A DNA stretch of 64,000 bases from a bacterium (GCA_963662285.2 CAXXMV010000006.1:1664001-1728000), one strand, 5' to 3'. Counted from the first letter of the stretch, positions 52,266-63,132 are shown. Program-made: numbers and translations. The notes: a model not told the origin generated them from the sequence alone.

Positions 52266-54053
52266 ATGAATTTAATATCCAGATTAAAAATAGTTCTATT
52301 ATGGATATTGTCGATTCCCGCCTTGATCGCCGGACTTCTTCGACAAATCGCCATGCATATTGCTGGTCAACGCTGGTATCTGTGGGGTTTTATTCCATGC
52401 AGCGCCGGTTTGTGGCCGCTGGGTTTATATTGCTGGCATAAGAGCATCCAGCGCTGGTATTATCGTTTTCCATTGAGGATATTCAGTTATATCTGCTTTC
52501 TGTTTGGAACCATTCTCTTTTTTGAAGGGCTATGGCCTTTTGCGGGAATTCTGCTGTTGGTACGTTTGCTGACCTGGCTGGACGATTGGCTGCGCTTAAG
52601 CGATCCACTGGTTTCAGAGGTTGCATCCGATACTACAGCCTGCTTTAAGCACCCTTTCGATAAACTCAGTCTTCTTTTTATTGGCGCTATATTCATGGTA
52701 TTGGCAGTAAACAAGGAACGGCTGATTGATTTCTCCGATCCCTCCGACCAATTTTATCACATGGCGGCGGCTAAGCAGATATTGGAGCAGGGAACCATTC
52801 CCATCTGGGATGATTGGGAATTCGCGCCGATGGGTCGCCCCCATCTCTATCCCCCGTTGTTGCATTTATTGATCGCCTTTTTCGCGGGAGAGCCGGATCA
52901 GATTATGGCGGGTTTTTCTTCTATCCAGATGTTGCTCTACCCATTGGCGTTATTGGCCTATTGGCTGTTGTACCGTAAATTTTTGTCGCCTGCTCACGCC
53001 TATCTGGCGTTGATTTTCTTATCTATGGAATTAATGTTCGGCATGGGGTGCCTGATGGGATTGCCTGCATCCATCGTTAATGTGTTGTGGCCATTAATGC
53101 TGCTGGCGATTATTGATAAACGAACTTATATCGCTATGCTGCTGCTGACGGCGGCCTTTTATACTCACACCGGAATGCCTGCATTGATCTGTTTGTGTCT
53201 GTTGATCTACGGAATATGGAAACGCGAGCATTTGCTGCGAATACTGGCAGTTATTATCGGCGCTCTCGTGTTGTCGATTCCCTGGACGCTGCGTTATTAT
53301 GTTTTTTCGGATTGGATGCAGACCAGTGGAGCTCAGGGATTTAGCCTATCCAGTATTGTGTCCAGGCTTCTATGGTTGCAAATCGCTAATCCTATTTTTA
53401 TTGTTTTAGCGGTCTGGGGTTGGTTCCGTCTGAAACAGGCTGAGGTTTTTAAGTCACAGGTTCTGGGATTTTTGCCTATGCTAACCCAGTATGGAGGGCG
53501 TTTCTTTATGCATGGCGCTCCATTTCTTTCCCCCATGATCGCGGTTCATTTTAAGCGTTTTCTGGAAGGAAACGTCACCAGACGACGGGCTGTATGTTTT
53601 CTGTTGCTGACTCTGATACCGTTGCCCTGCATCAGTTTTATGGGACCGAATGATACTATTCAAGTCAAGCCGTTCCCAGGTATTACAGCGACTCATATCA
53701 GCATTTTTTATACTATCAACCGTACTAGGAAAGATCAAAGCGATATTGAAAACCTGGTCGCCGCAATACGCCTTACTACATCGCCCGATGATATAATCCA
53801 TCTGCCCGACGCAGGAATGTACCACTTTGGTGATTTAATAGTAGTGATGACCAGCAGACGTACCGACACAGGCGGATGGGGAGAAATACGTAAACCGGAG
53901 ATGTGGGAAGCTATGCTAAATAGCCGTCAAGATATCAACGACGGCGTCTTCGTTTCAAAGTTTCGCGAAAATATCCCCGAAGGAAGGCGTATAGAAAAGG
54001 TAGGCTCTTATTTTCTCGGTTATCCACCGTCTGATGAATATACTGACGAATGA
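52266..54053 (+). CDS. Polytopic membrane protein, possible GT-C glycosyltransferase
   Basis: Many TMs; D..YH...A..I...G.IP.WD...AP.GRPHLYPPLLH loop reminiscent of GT-C/STT3-like proteins. Confidence 0.6.
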   Translation: MNLISRLKIVLLWILSIPALIAGLLRQIAMHIAGQRWYLWGFIPCSAGLWPLGLYCWHKSIQRWYYRFPLRIFSYICFLFGTILFFEGLWPFAGILLLVRLLTWLDDWLRLSDPLVSEVASDTTACFKHPFDKLSLLFIGAIFMVLAVNKERLIDFSDPSDQFYHMAAAKQILEQGTIPIWDDWEFAPMGRPHLYPPLLHLLIAFFAGEPDQIMAGFSSIQMLLYPLALLAYWLLYRKFLSPAHAYLALIFLSMELMFGMGCLMGLPASIVNVLWPLMLLAIIDKRTYIAMLLLTAAFYTHTGMPALICLCLLIYGIWKREHLLRILAVIIGALVLSIPWTLRYYVFSDWMQTSGAQGFSLSSIVSRLLWLQIANPIFIVLAVWGWFRLKQAEVFKSQVLGFLPMLTQYGGRFFMHGAPFLSPMIAVHFKRFLEGNVTRRRAVCFLLLTLIPLPCISFMGPNDTIQVKPFPGITATHISIFYTINRTRKDQSDIENLVAAIRLTTSPDDIIHLPDAGMYHFGDLIVVMTSRRTDTGGWGEIRKPEMWEAMLNSRQDINDGVFVSKFRENIPEGRRIEKVGSYFLGYPPSDEYTDE

Positions 54054-54160
54054 TGCATGGAAACGGATATATCTGATGTTACATAATCATAGTTATGGTA
54101 GACGTAGTGTTTATAATTTAATACAATTCATCGATATGTAAAAACCGGAAGGAATGTTCT

Positions 54161-54703
54161 ATGAAAAAGGCATTTACTTTAATCGAGCTTCTGATTGTTG
54201 TTGCTATCATTGGAATTCTGGCGGCCATCGCGGTTCCAAATTTCCTTAACGCACAGATCAGAGCCAAAGTCGCCCGCGTTGTCGCTGAAGAAAAAGGTTT
54301 ATGCAACGCCTACTTGATGTACCGCCTGGATAATAATGATTTCCCGCCGCATATTGATGGTCATCCGGCGCAGCATAAATTTGTAACCACGCCTATCGCC
54401 TATTACAGTAATTCTGTGATGGATCCATTTCAGGAAGGACTGACGACCAAGAACATCTCTGTAATAAGCAATACGCGCAACCAGTATCACATGGAGCCAG
54501 TCAATCTGCTTTTTGGATGGTTTCAGGCGACCAAACAACGATATACTAATTTTTGGCCAAGTTTACAGAATTCTGCTTATGGAGCTCAATCGATGGGGCC
54601 GGGTCAATTTTGGATATCCAATGAACTTTATGATTCCACAAACGGTACGCGCAGCGTGGGAATCATCTACACTCTGGCTTCCGGGGAAAGAAAAAGTTAT
54701 TAG
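54161..54703 (+). CDS. Prepilin-type N-terminal cleavage/methylation protein (GspG-like)
   Basis: MKKA|FTLIELLIVVAIIGILAAIAVPNFLNAQIRAK; VTTPIAY; SMGPG; YDSTNGTRSVGII. Confidence 0.9.
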   Translation: MKKAFTLIELLIVVAIIGILAAIAVPNFLNAQIRAKVARVVAEEKGLCNAYLMYRLDNNDFPPHIDGHPAQHKFVTTPIAYYSNSVMDPFQEGLTTKNISVISNTRNQYHMEPVNLLFGWFQATKQRYTNFWPSLQNSAYGAQSMGPGQFWISNELYDSTNGTRSVGIIYTLASGERKSY

Positions 54704-54763
54704 AGCCGTTTATAATTTGTGAAATTGATATTATTGCTTAAATAAATATTGGAGATAAATAAT

Positions 54764-56050
54764 ATGTATCGAATCTCAATACTCATCATAATGTGTCTTG
54801 CTATCACTTTAGGCGTTTATGCGGTAAAGACGCCCGATCCTCTGGTTACTACATCGGTTTTGGATCATGGCGCAAAAGCGGATGGTAAGACGGATTGCAC
54901 CAAATCTTTTCAAAAGGCGTTAGATTTTGCGTCCAAAAATGGAGGCGGCATTGTGGCCGTTCCTTCAGGACAGTTCTATTTCACTGGCAATCTGGTAATA
55001 CCTCCCGGCGTTACTTTGCGCGGGGTTTGGGAATCGATGCACCATGCAGATATCGGACGCGGCAGCCAGTTATTGGTTACCGCCGGGAAAGGTGATGAAA
55101 ACGGCGAGCCTTTCATAAACCTGAATCAAAGCAGTTGCATACGGGGGCTGACTATTTATTATCCAGAGCAAGACGCTGCATTGATTCAGCCTTATCCCTG
55201 GACTATTAGAGGCCAAGGCATGTTTTGCAGCGTAATCGACGTGACTCTGGTAAATCCTTACCGGGGAATTGATTTCGGCACTAAGGGCAATGAATTGCAT
55301 ATCGCTCGCAATGTTTTCGGTTGCCCGCTGCGGGAAGGAATCTATATCAATCGCACTACTGATATTGGACGCATCGAAAATGTCCATTTCAATCCCCATT
55401 CCTGGGCGAGAGCTGCTGTTTCCAATCCTCCGAGAGAGGGCAGCGAGGAATGGAATATATTGCTCAAATATTTGAACGATAATTTAGTAGGTTTTCGCAT
55501 CGGTAAGACGGATTGGGAATACATGGTCAATTGCTTTGTGATTTTCCCCAAGATAGGATTTCATTTCGTACATACCGATGCTGGCGATCCCAATGTGGTA
55601 TTGACGCAGTGCGGTTCGGATATCGGTCCAGTGGCGGTCAGGGTGGACGCTTCACAATATCATTCAGGCCTGGCGTTTTCTAATTGCCAAATGATGGCTG
55701 GCATCGAAGTAAGCCAGAGCAACCGGGGTCCGGTCAAATTCTCCAATTGCGGTTTTTGGGGCATCCCCAGCACCGATTACCATGCTTTGGTAGATGGTTC
55801 AGGGACGGTTATATTTACTTCATGCCATTTTCAAGGCTGGGCGCGCAGGAAACATGATTCACCCGCGATTATAGCGCAGGGCGGCGCGTTGATTATCAAC
55901 GGCTGTGAATTTATCGATAAAGACAAACAGCATATCGAGTTGAAGGAGAATGTGAAATCAGCCGCTATTTTTGGCAGCCATTTTTCCGGCGGCGCTAAAA
56001 TCACTAATAATGCAAAGGGGAAAGTTGAGATTGGGTTGAATATTGAGTAA
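54764..56050 (+). CDS. Pectate_lyase_3/GH28-related right-handed beta-helix protein, secreted
   Basis: SVLDHGAKADGKTDCTKSFQKALD, GGGIVAVPSGQF, beta-helix repeats; GGAG SD. Confidence 0.8.
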   Translation: MYRISILIIMCLAITLGVYAVKTPDPLVTTSVLDHGAKADGKTDCTKSFQKALDFASKNGGGIVAVPSGQFYFTGNLVIPPGVTLRGVWESMHHADIGRGSQLLVTAGKGDENGEPFINLNQSSCIRGLTIYYPEQDAALIQPYPWTIRGQGMFCSVIDVTLVNPYRGIDFGTKGNELHIARNVFGCPLREGIYINRTTDIGRIENVHFNPHSWARAAVSNPPREGSEEWNILLKYLNDNLVGFRIGKTDWEYMVNCFVIFPKIGFHFVHTDAGDPNVVLTQCGSDIGPVAVRVDASQYHSGLAFSNCQMMAGIEVSQSNRGPVKFSNCGFWGIPSTDYHALVDGSGTVIFTSCHFQGWARRKHDSPAIIAQGGALIINGCEFIDKDKQHIELKENVKSAAIFGSHFSGGAKITNNAKGKVEIGLNIE

Positions 56051-56159
56051 TCATGTTTCCAATGGAGTGGGATTCTATTTACTGAGTCTCATTCCAAAGG
56101 AATTAAGTAGATGGATTTATTAGCAAGGTGACTGGGATTTTATGCAACAAAAAAGCCTA

Positions 56160-56219
56160 TTGACATACTTCTGTTTTTATGTATTATTGTGAAAAATGAT
56201 ATGTATTATTGTGAAAAAT
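56160..56219 (+). promoter_or_regulatory. Sigma70-like promoter whose -10 region lies in a 22-bp tandem duplication
   Basis: TTGACA at 56160-56165, TATTAT 16 bp later; TATGTATTATTGTGAAAAAT repeated at 56178 and 56200. Confidence 0.55.
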
Positions 56220-56274
56220 TAATTGAAATATATTTTCTGGCATCAATAACATCTTATATAGGTCAATAAATAAT

Positions 56275-56757
56275 ATGCAATTTATTCCACCATTGATGTT
56301 TATTGGTATAATATTTTCGTTGTTTATTGCGTTACTTTTATTAACATCCGCTCTAATATTATTTTGTAAATACTTGAATAATCAGAATAAATGTTGCCTG
56401 ACATCAAGCATCATTATGATAATACTATTTTCCATAGTCGTGATAATTCCTATTAGTAAAGGATCTATCGGGACTGCTATCGCACAATATCAAACTGAAA
56501 AACTCGAAATTGAAATACTCAAGAATAAAGGAACGGAAATTATTGAGCAGATTGAATTATTTAAGGAAGAAAATGGCAATTTCCCATTAGAATTATCCGC
56601 TTTTGTAATTGAACCTCAACTTTCTGAATCTGAAAATTGGAAATATCAAACCTATAAAAATAAGAATAAGTATAGATTGAAGATTGTTAATCTTAAAAAC
56701 AAATATATTCTAACATGGAAATCGTGGAAACGTGAATGGAAAATTTCCTATAGTTGA
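56275..56757 (+). CDS. AT-rich hypothetical membrane protein
   Basis: Two N-terminal TMs, then IELFKEENGNFP..L..W.Y; low GC. Confidence 0.6.
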   Translation: MQFIPPLMFIGIIFSLFIALLLLTSALILFCKYLNNQNKCCLTSSIIMIILFSIVVIIPISKGSIGTAIAQYQTEKLEIEILKNKGTEIIEQIELFKEENGNFPLELSAFVIEPQLSESENWKYQTYKNKNKYRLKIVNLKNKYILTWKSWKREWKISYS

Positions 56758-56774
56758 TTGAAGATTTTGGTTCT

Positions 56775-57434
56775 CTAAATATTCTCTAGTTCCTGCAGAA
56801 GAACATCGGCGGCTTCATCAATCGATACCACCCGTATTTGCTCACCATTTTTGAAAAGCATACCTTTTTGATCTCCGAACGCGATTCCGATATCCGCCGC
56901 TTTGGCTTCACCGGGGCCGTTTACTTCACATCCCATAACCGCTACATCCAGTGGTTTGTCTATTCTTGACAGTTTGGCTTCGATAGAACGAACCATGGCG
57001 GGGAAATTAGTCCGGCACCGGGCGCAGGTCGGGCAGGATATAATCCTGATGCCTTTGGAGCGCAATTCGAGAGAACGCAGTAAATCGCAGATGGCGGCGA
57101 TGGAAGAGGCATAGTTATCCGACGGCAGGATTAAGGTCAGTTTTTCACCTGTCCAGCGGTATAAAACGGGGGAAAGATAAATAATCAATGGAGAGAGCAT
57201 GTCTGTAAAACCACGTAGATCAAGCACGATGCTGTTGCATGACAATGGTTTATTATCTTCCACATAAGGCGTCAGGTCGTCGAGTGAACTCCATATAACT
57301 TGATCATCAGATGCATCCAACGAATCAGGCAGGCCGCATAGTTCATCATACAGGGTTGGAGATAAGGATTCCTGTAACTCCCGGGTGAATTGATTGTCTG
57401 CGGCGATATGTAATTGAACTGAATTATCAGGCAT
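56775..57434 (-). CDS. IspG/GcpE C-terminal [4Fe-4S] domain protein (lacks a recognisable TIM barrel)
   Basis: IISCPTCARC...VAVMGCEVNGPGEAKAADIGIA; only 219 aa. Confidence 0.8.
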   Translation of the reverse strand: MPDNSVQLHIAADNQFTRELQESLSPTLYDELCGLPDSLDASDDQVIWSSLDDLTPYVEDNKPLSCNSIVLDLRGFTDMLSPLIIYLSPVLYRWTGEKLTLILPSDNYASSIAAICDLLRSLELRSKGIRIISCPTCARCRTNFPAMVRSIEAKLSRIDKPLDVAVMGCEVNGPGEAKAADIGIAFGDQKGMLFKNGEQIRVVSIDEAADVLLQELENI

Positions 57435-57460
57435 TGTAAATTGTCTCCGTGATGCAGGCG

Positions 57461-58885
57461 TTACGATGTTCTGCTGGATTTGAGAAGATTCGATATACGG
57501 CTCAAAGCGGCCCTCATATAGTTAAGCGCAATCTTGGGCGACCCGGCGTTTTTGAATGTTCTTAGTATATATATTGGTCGCAAATACATTTTCCACAAAG
57601 CCTGTTTGCGCCATTTTTCCAGTTCTGTGGATGATAGCGTCTCTGTAGATACAGCGCTTACGGCGTATCCACCACTGTGCAAACGTTCTTTGACGACAAG
57701 GTTCTTGTCATCAAGCATCTTTTCTAATTCAGTTCCCGGTAGAGGAAAGGCGACATTGAAATCAAAGAAATCCGGGTCAAGTTTTTTGGCGAATGCGACT
57801 AATTCGCTGATAGACTGGTTGGTATCCCAGGGGAAGCCGAATACGAAGAAGGCGTGTGAACGGATGTTGTGCTTACGGCATAGTTTGATGGCTTGCAATG
57901 CTTCGTCGCCAGTGGCGCTTTTTTTCATTGCTTTGAGGTGTTGATCATTGCCGCTCTCCACTCCGAATCCGATTACCCAGCATCCGGCGCGTTTCATCCA
58001 TATCAAGCGTTCTTCATCGATGGTATTAACGCGGCTGTTGCATCCCCAACGTATGTCCAGTCTCTTTTTGATTATCAGGGTGCACAGATCGACGATCCAT
58101 TGTTTTTTCAGGGTGAAGGTATCTGCGTGGAAGAGGAATTCTCTGATGCCGTAACGCTCTATGCATTCTTCCAATTCAGCCACTACGCTTTCCGGCGAGC
58201 GGTAACGTACGTTGACGCCTGATGTTATGGGGATCGAGCAAAAGATGCATTGATGGGGGCAGCCCAGCGAAGTAACAATGGTGGTTAATGGATTATGCGT
58301 TTCAGGGCTAATGTATAAACTGTTATCGATTAAATGACGAGCCGGGAAGGGCAGTGAATCCAAGTCAACCAACGGCGCCTTCCGATCAGTTCTGATAACC
58401 TGACCGTCTTGCAGATAAGTGACTTCAGGTAATTCGCTCCAATCAACTCCATCAACAAAGTCGGCGATATAACCATCAACTTCGCCGCGCAGGATGATAT
58501 CCAGGTGTTTGGTGTTCTGTATGATCTCTTTATCAAGATGATGTCCCGGTTCGCCTTTGATGGCAATCAGGGCTTTGGGGCAATGAGTCTTGATAATTTC
58601 CGCCGATTGCAGATCGCTATCCAGTGTGGCGATAGTGACGGTCAGAATAACAATGTCCGGTTGGTATTCTTGCAGGTCTTCAATCAGGTTTTCCCAGGTG
58701 GATTTAAGCGCTGGATAATCGCGTAATATGACCTCATGCCCCGCCTTTTCCAGAATCGAGGCGGGGTAGAGCAGTTCCATAGGAGGAAAGACAACATTGA
58801 CAGTTTGATCTTCCACCCGGTTCTGGCAGCGGTTATCCCGCCGGTAAAGCCCGGTGGGTGGATTAAACAGAAAGACGCGTTTCAT
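57461..58885 (-). CDS. B12-binding domain radical SAM protein
   Basis: PPMELLY, GCPHQCIFC (CxxxCxxC), DTFT, GVESG, FVFGFPWD, PLPGT. Confidence 0.9.
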   Translation of the reverse strand: MKRVFLFNPPTGLYRRDNRCQNRVEDQTVNVVFPPMELLYPASILEKAGHEVILRDYPALKSTWENLIEDLQEYQPDIVILTVTIATLDSDLQSAEIIKTHCPKALIAIKGEPGHHLDKEIIQNTKHLDIILRGEVDGYIADFVDGVDWSELPEVTYLQDGQVIRTDRKAPLVDLDSLPFPARHLIDNSLYISPETHNPLTTIVTSLGCPHQCIFCSIPITSGVNVRYRSPESVVAELEECIERYGIREFLFHADTFTLKKQWIVDLCTLIIKKRLDIRWGCNSRVNTIDEERLIWMKRAGCWVIGFGVESGNDQHLKAMKKSATGDEALQAIKLCRKHNIRSHAFFVFGFPWDTNQSISELVAFAKKLDPDFFDFNVAFPLPGTELEKMLDDKNLVVKERLHSGGYAVSAVSTETLSSTELEKWRKQALWKMYLRPIYILRTFKNAGSPKIALNYMRAALSRISNLLKSSRTS

Positions 58886-58899
58886 CTATTTTGTCTTAT

Positions 58900-60243
58900 C
58901 TATTTGGAGGCCGCTTTACCGGCATCCTCAACAGGCGCATCCTTCAGTTTTAATGCTTCTTCCGTTTTTTTACGTTCCATACTTTCAATATACCGCATCA
59001 TGTCCGTAGTTCGTTTCATTGCTTCTGGAACCTGAGAGTAATTTTTTTGGATTCGTTCAACGGTTTGCCTTGCGCCAGACCATTTCTCTAAGCGAATATA
59101 TGAATCAGCTATCTGCATCAGCGCTACTAATGGACGTTGAGGATCAGGTGGATCGGTGATGTATTTCTCATACATCTCAATCGCTTCGTTAAAATAACGT
59201 TCTGATTCTTCAGGAGTGGACTCGCGAATTAACTGAGCGATGGCTACCCGCGAGCTGATGGAGAAATCAGTATCAGGGAAATCATTGACCAAACGCAAAT
59301 TCTCATGAACTAACAATGCAACTTCTTCTTCGGTGAATTGCTCAGGTTCTTTACTATCTTGTTTTCCTTCTGCTTCTCTTCTGGCTAAGTGATCCTGCAT
59401 AAAGAGAGATTGAAGATCATTGAGTTTATAGATAACCAACCAGGGTTTAGCGTCCTTCAGGATATAAGGATTATTCTGAAGTCGGTCATACATGGTAACG
59501 GATGTTATGAAATCTCCCGCTTCGGCCCAGGTTTTCACCCAATCTAGCACTGCGCCTTGCCGGTCATTTTCCAAACCCGGTATTCCTGTGGCATTGACCA
59601 CTAGATCCAATGTCTGGGTGTAAATTTTGCGGGCATCTTCAAATTCAGCGCTGGCTTTATAAATGGAGGCTTTTCCTTTTAAGGAGAATAATTTTACATC
59701 CAAGGCCTCGGTTGCATCTTCAATGTCTGTTTCGGCTATCTGGTAAATCTGGTCATAATAATTCTGAGCAGTTGCCGCCTGGGTTTGATGAGCGTATATT
59801 CCCGCCAGTTTATCATAGGCTTGAATGCGAATGCGCGGATTGGTAGTCGCATCAGAGATTTCGTTGAATTTATTTATCGCTTTGTCAAAGAATCCTTCAT
59901 TGGTATATGCTAATCCAATCTGAAAATCACAGGAAATTTGGATTTGGGGATCGTTAAACTTTTTCTTCATGTCTTCGAAGACGTCTCTCATATGAGAGAA
60001 ATCCTTCATGTCAAAATAACAGCGGGTCAACGCCTGATATGCAGTCATAACCCGTTCATCTTCGGGAAATTTTTCGATAAAGTTTTCAAAATGCAATGAT
60101 GCGCCCAGAGGGTCAGCTTGTTGATACGCTCGAACGCCCCGGTTAAATACGGCATCCGGCGTATTGGCGCCGCATCCGAACATCCCTGCCATGAGTCCAC
60201 AAAAAACCAGCAATACTGCTAAAGACTTGAAATTGTTAAACAT
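58900..60243 (-). CDS. TPR-repeat lipoprotein
   Basis: Lipobox-like MFGC; TPR-type helices (FIEKFPED, QIGLAY..G.FDKAI..F). Confidence 0.75.
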   Translation of the reverse strand: MFNNFKSLAVLLVFCGLMAGMFGCGANTPDAVFNRGVRAYQQADPLGASLHFENFIEKFPEDERVMTAYQALTRCYFDMKDFSHMRDVFEDMKKKFNDPQIQISCDFQIGLAYTNEGFFDKAINKFNEISDATTNPRIRIQAYDKLAGIYAHQTQAATAQNYYDQIYQIAETDIEDATEALDVKLFSLKGKASIYKASAEFEDARKIYTQTLDLVVNATGIPGLENDRQGAVLDWVKTWAEAGDFITSVTMYDRLQNNPYILKDAKPWLVIYKLNDLQSLFMQDHLARREAEGKQDSKEPEQFTEEEVALLVHENLRLVNDFPDTDFSISSRVAIAQLIRESTPEESERYFNEAIEMYEKYITDPPDPQRPLVALMQIADSYIRLEKWSGARQTVERIQKNYSQVPEAMKRTTDMMRYIESMERKKTEEALKLKDAPVEDAGKAASK

Positions 60244-60543
60244 TTGATAACCTTCTGAAGGTGATATTTTGAGTTTTTTCACAAAAATATTGGTTTTCAT
60301 TTACGTATTGTAATCCCATATTTCAGATTTTTGGATTTATGGGAAACCGTGAAATATATTTATTTTTGAAATTACTCATAAATAAGCGATGTTTTTATGC
60401 TCAAATTTAATAATCCTATATATATTATGGTGGATTCTATCCTAAACAAAAAGGTATGTAATACCGACGAGTGTATCAAGTTGTCTGTATTTAGAGCGGT
60501 TACCTTATATTTATGTCTATTGAAAGCGCTGAATTGGTTCAAT

Positions 60544-61779
60544 TTACTTATTCATTTTATTAGAAACAAAATGATCAACCACTGCAGCTCCGGCAGAATC
60601 GCCCCATACATTCACTGTTGTGCGGCATCTATCCAAAAACCAGTCTACTACGAATATAAGTCCGATGCCTTCCAGTGGTAGACCTACTGCATCTAACACG
60701 ATAACCATAGTGATAAGCCCCGCATGTGGAATGGCGGCGGCGCCCACCGAGGCCAGCGTAGCAGTAAGAAAGATAATAATCTGATCGGCGGAGGTTAAAG
60801 AGATATTGTAGGCCTGAGCAATGAAAATAGCAGAGCAGGCCTCATAAAGCGCTGTGCCGTCCATATTTATGGTAGCGCCGATTGGTAAGACAAATGAAGT
60901 GGTTTGAGATGAAACCTTGTTGTTCTGCTCCACGCTTTTCATGGTCAAAGGCAGAGCCGCAGCGCTGGATGCGGTTGAAAATGCTGTGGTTAATGCGTCT
61001 CCAATGTTAATTAAATACCTGATTGGATTTCGTCTAGCTACCATATATAATATAAGAGGAATTACGATAAATGCATGGATGGACAATCCAGTTAGCACGG
61101 TAGCCACGAATTTTCCTATATTCAGCAGTTGAGTCCAAACGGCTGATCCCCCGCCTTTTGAACCGAGGATGGCGGCGATTAATGCGAATACTCCGATTGG
61201 AGCGTAAAACATGATCAATTTAACGATTTTCATCATCACTTCATTGAAGCCTTCAAAGAAACTGATGACGGTTTTTCCCTTTTCACCAAGCGTCGTCAAC
61301 ACTCCACCGAATAGCAATGAAGATACGATAACAGGTAGGATTTCTCTATTCGCCATGTGGGCGAAAACATTAGTAGGGAAAAGCGACATGAATAGTTCCA
61401 AGATGCTGAATTCTTTATCTCGGATCACTTCAGGAATCGCTGCGCCGCTCAGGTCTATGCCGATTCCCGGTTGGAAAATATTTGACACTATTAATCCAAT
61501 GATGACTGCCACAGTGGTGGTTAATATATAATAAATGACAGTTGCGCCGCCCATGGCGCCGAGTTTCCTGATATCACCCAGTTGCGCGACACCAACGATC
61601 ATTGATGACATGATCAAAGGCAGGAAAACAGCCTTCAAAGAGTTCATGAAGATATCGCCCAGAAACTTGATGGAGAGCATAGCTTCGCCGAATACCCAGC
61701 CGCATATAACGCCTAAAACAATACCAGCAAGCATAGCAAAAAGAAGGATAGTTGAAACACGATCTTTGGAAGAATTCAT
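60544..61779 (-). CDS. Dicarboxylate/amino acid:cation symporter (SDF/GltP family)
   Basis: AFSTASSAAALP, PIGATINMDGTALY, ASVGAAAIP, DWFLDRCRTTVNVWGD. Confidence 0.93.
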   Translation of the reverse strand: MNSSKDRVSTILLFAMLAGIVLGVICGWVFGEAMLSIKFLGDIFMNSLKAVFLPLIMSSMIVGVAQLGDIRKLGAMGGATVIYYILTTTVAVIIGLIVSNIFQPGIGIDLSGAAIPEVIRDKEFSILELFMSLFPTNVFAHMANREILPVIVSSLLFGGVLTTLGEKGKTVISFFEGFNEVMMKIVKLIMFYAPIGVFALIAAILGSKGGGSAVWTQLLNIGKFVATVLTGLSIHAFIVIPLILYMVARRNPIRYLINIGDALTTAFSTASSAAALPLTMKSVEQNNKVSSQTTSFVLPIGATINMDGTALYEACSAIFIAQAYNISLTSADQIIIFLTATLASVGAAAIPHAGLITMVIVLDAVGLPLEGIGLIFVVDWFLDRCRTTVNVWGDSAGAAVVDHFVSNKMNK

Positions 61780-62007
61780 GTATGTACCTGTTTATATGAG
61801 ATTTGAGACTGGAAATTGGAAAGGATTATAACATATGTTTCGAGTGATTGCTATATTTCTATTTGGATTGTTAAAAGTATATATAGATTGAGCGAGCCTT
61901 TTAATGCATGTTGATATTCAGAATTGATCAAATAACTAAATTAATTTGTTTATATTAAGGCATTCGTGATATATTGTATTATTGAAGGATTTTAGTTGGG
62001 GGAAGTC

Positions 62008-63132
62008 ATGAAATCTCACATACAGCATGTTATTAGATTGCTTAAGCAATTTACCGTAGGTCTTATCCTGTTTTTTTTGTCTTTAGGATTCGCTAATTCC
62101 GATCCAAAACGTCTGACGCCTACTGTAATTCACGTCCCTGAAGATGTTTTAACCATTGGAGAAGCCTTGAGTCAATCAATTGCAGGAGATTGCATATCGC
62201 TGGCTTCTGGTGCATATAGCGAGCCGATTGTTATTAAGGATGCTTCTATTACTATACAAGGGCGCTCAGAAAATCAGCGTCCCATCATTCGTTATGGATG
62301 GGATATGTTTCTGGACTATGGCGCCTCAATTTTAGTGGAAAACTCTCAGTTGACCATAAAACATTTAAATATTATTGGGCAATGTCATCCAGCATTAGAA
62401 GCTGATAATACCGAGTTAATCATAAAAAATTGCCAATTAACCGGAGCCAATGAATTGCTGTCGCGCTATATAAGTATTTATGCCACGCCTGCATTGCGAT
62501 GGAAGAATGCAAAAAGTCGTAAATGTCATATAGAGAATACCTTATTGACTGGTGGATGTGGAATCGGAGGCCCCGCTATAGAATTTCTTGATTGCAGTGA
62601 TGTCCTAATGCAAATTGAGCAATCGAATGTTCACGGAAAGGATGTTGTTTATCCCCCTCATAATGGGGGCTGCGCTATACAAATAAAAGATTCATCAAAC
62701 GTAGATATTAATTTGAATCAAAGTTATTTATATGGAGGGCGGGGCTATAACTCTAACGTCTACTCCAGTCCATTTGCCGTTCCTACAATGATTCTTGGTC
62801 CCGATAAAGGTGGATATGGTGTTCTTGTAGAGAATTCATCTCTCCATATAGCAGGAGGAGAAATAATCGCCGGACGCGCTGGTGACGGAGGCGAGCATAC
62901 CATTAACAACACACTAAATCATATTTATGAGAACAAGACATTTGATGGCGGTGTTAGCGGAACGGGCATCGAGTTGAAGAATCATTCTTATGCAATGTTA
63001 ACAGATGTGTTGTTGCAGGGAGGAGAAGGCGGTGAGCCTAACGGTTCTATGGGATTACCTTATGCGGTGGATGATACTTCAGAAATAGAGTTTTCAAATC
63101 AGACCAATGTAGATTATTGGTCTGTCTATTAA
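62008..63132 (+). CDS. Secreted pectin-lyase-like beta-helix protein with C-terminal VDYWSVY
   Basis: Signal peptide; VIHVPED..TI.EA....AGD.I.L..G.YSE; Gly-rich GG.G turns. Confidence 0.7.
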   Translation: MKSHIQHVIRLLKQFTVGLILFFLSLGFANSDPKRLTPTVIHVPEDVLTIGEALSQSIAGDCISLASGAYSEPIVIKDASITIQGRSENQRPIIRYGWDMFLDYGASILVENSQLTIKHLNIIGQCHPALEADNTELIIKNCQLTGANELLSRYISIYATPALRWKNAKSRKCHIENTLLTGGCGIGGPAIEFLDCSDVLMQIEQSNVHGKDVVYPPHNGGCAIQIKDSSNVDINLNQSYLYGGRGYNSNVYSSPFAVPTMILGPDKGGYGVLVENSSLHIAGGEIIAGRAGDGGEHTINNTLNHIYENKTFDGGVSGTGIELKNHSYAMLTDVLLQGGEGGEPNGSMGLPYAVDDTSEIEFSNQTNVDYWSVY

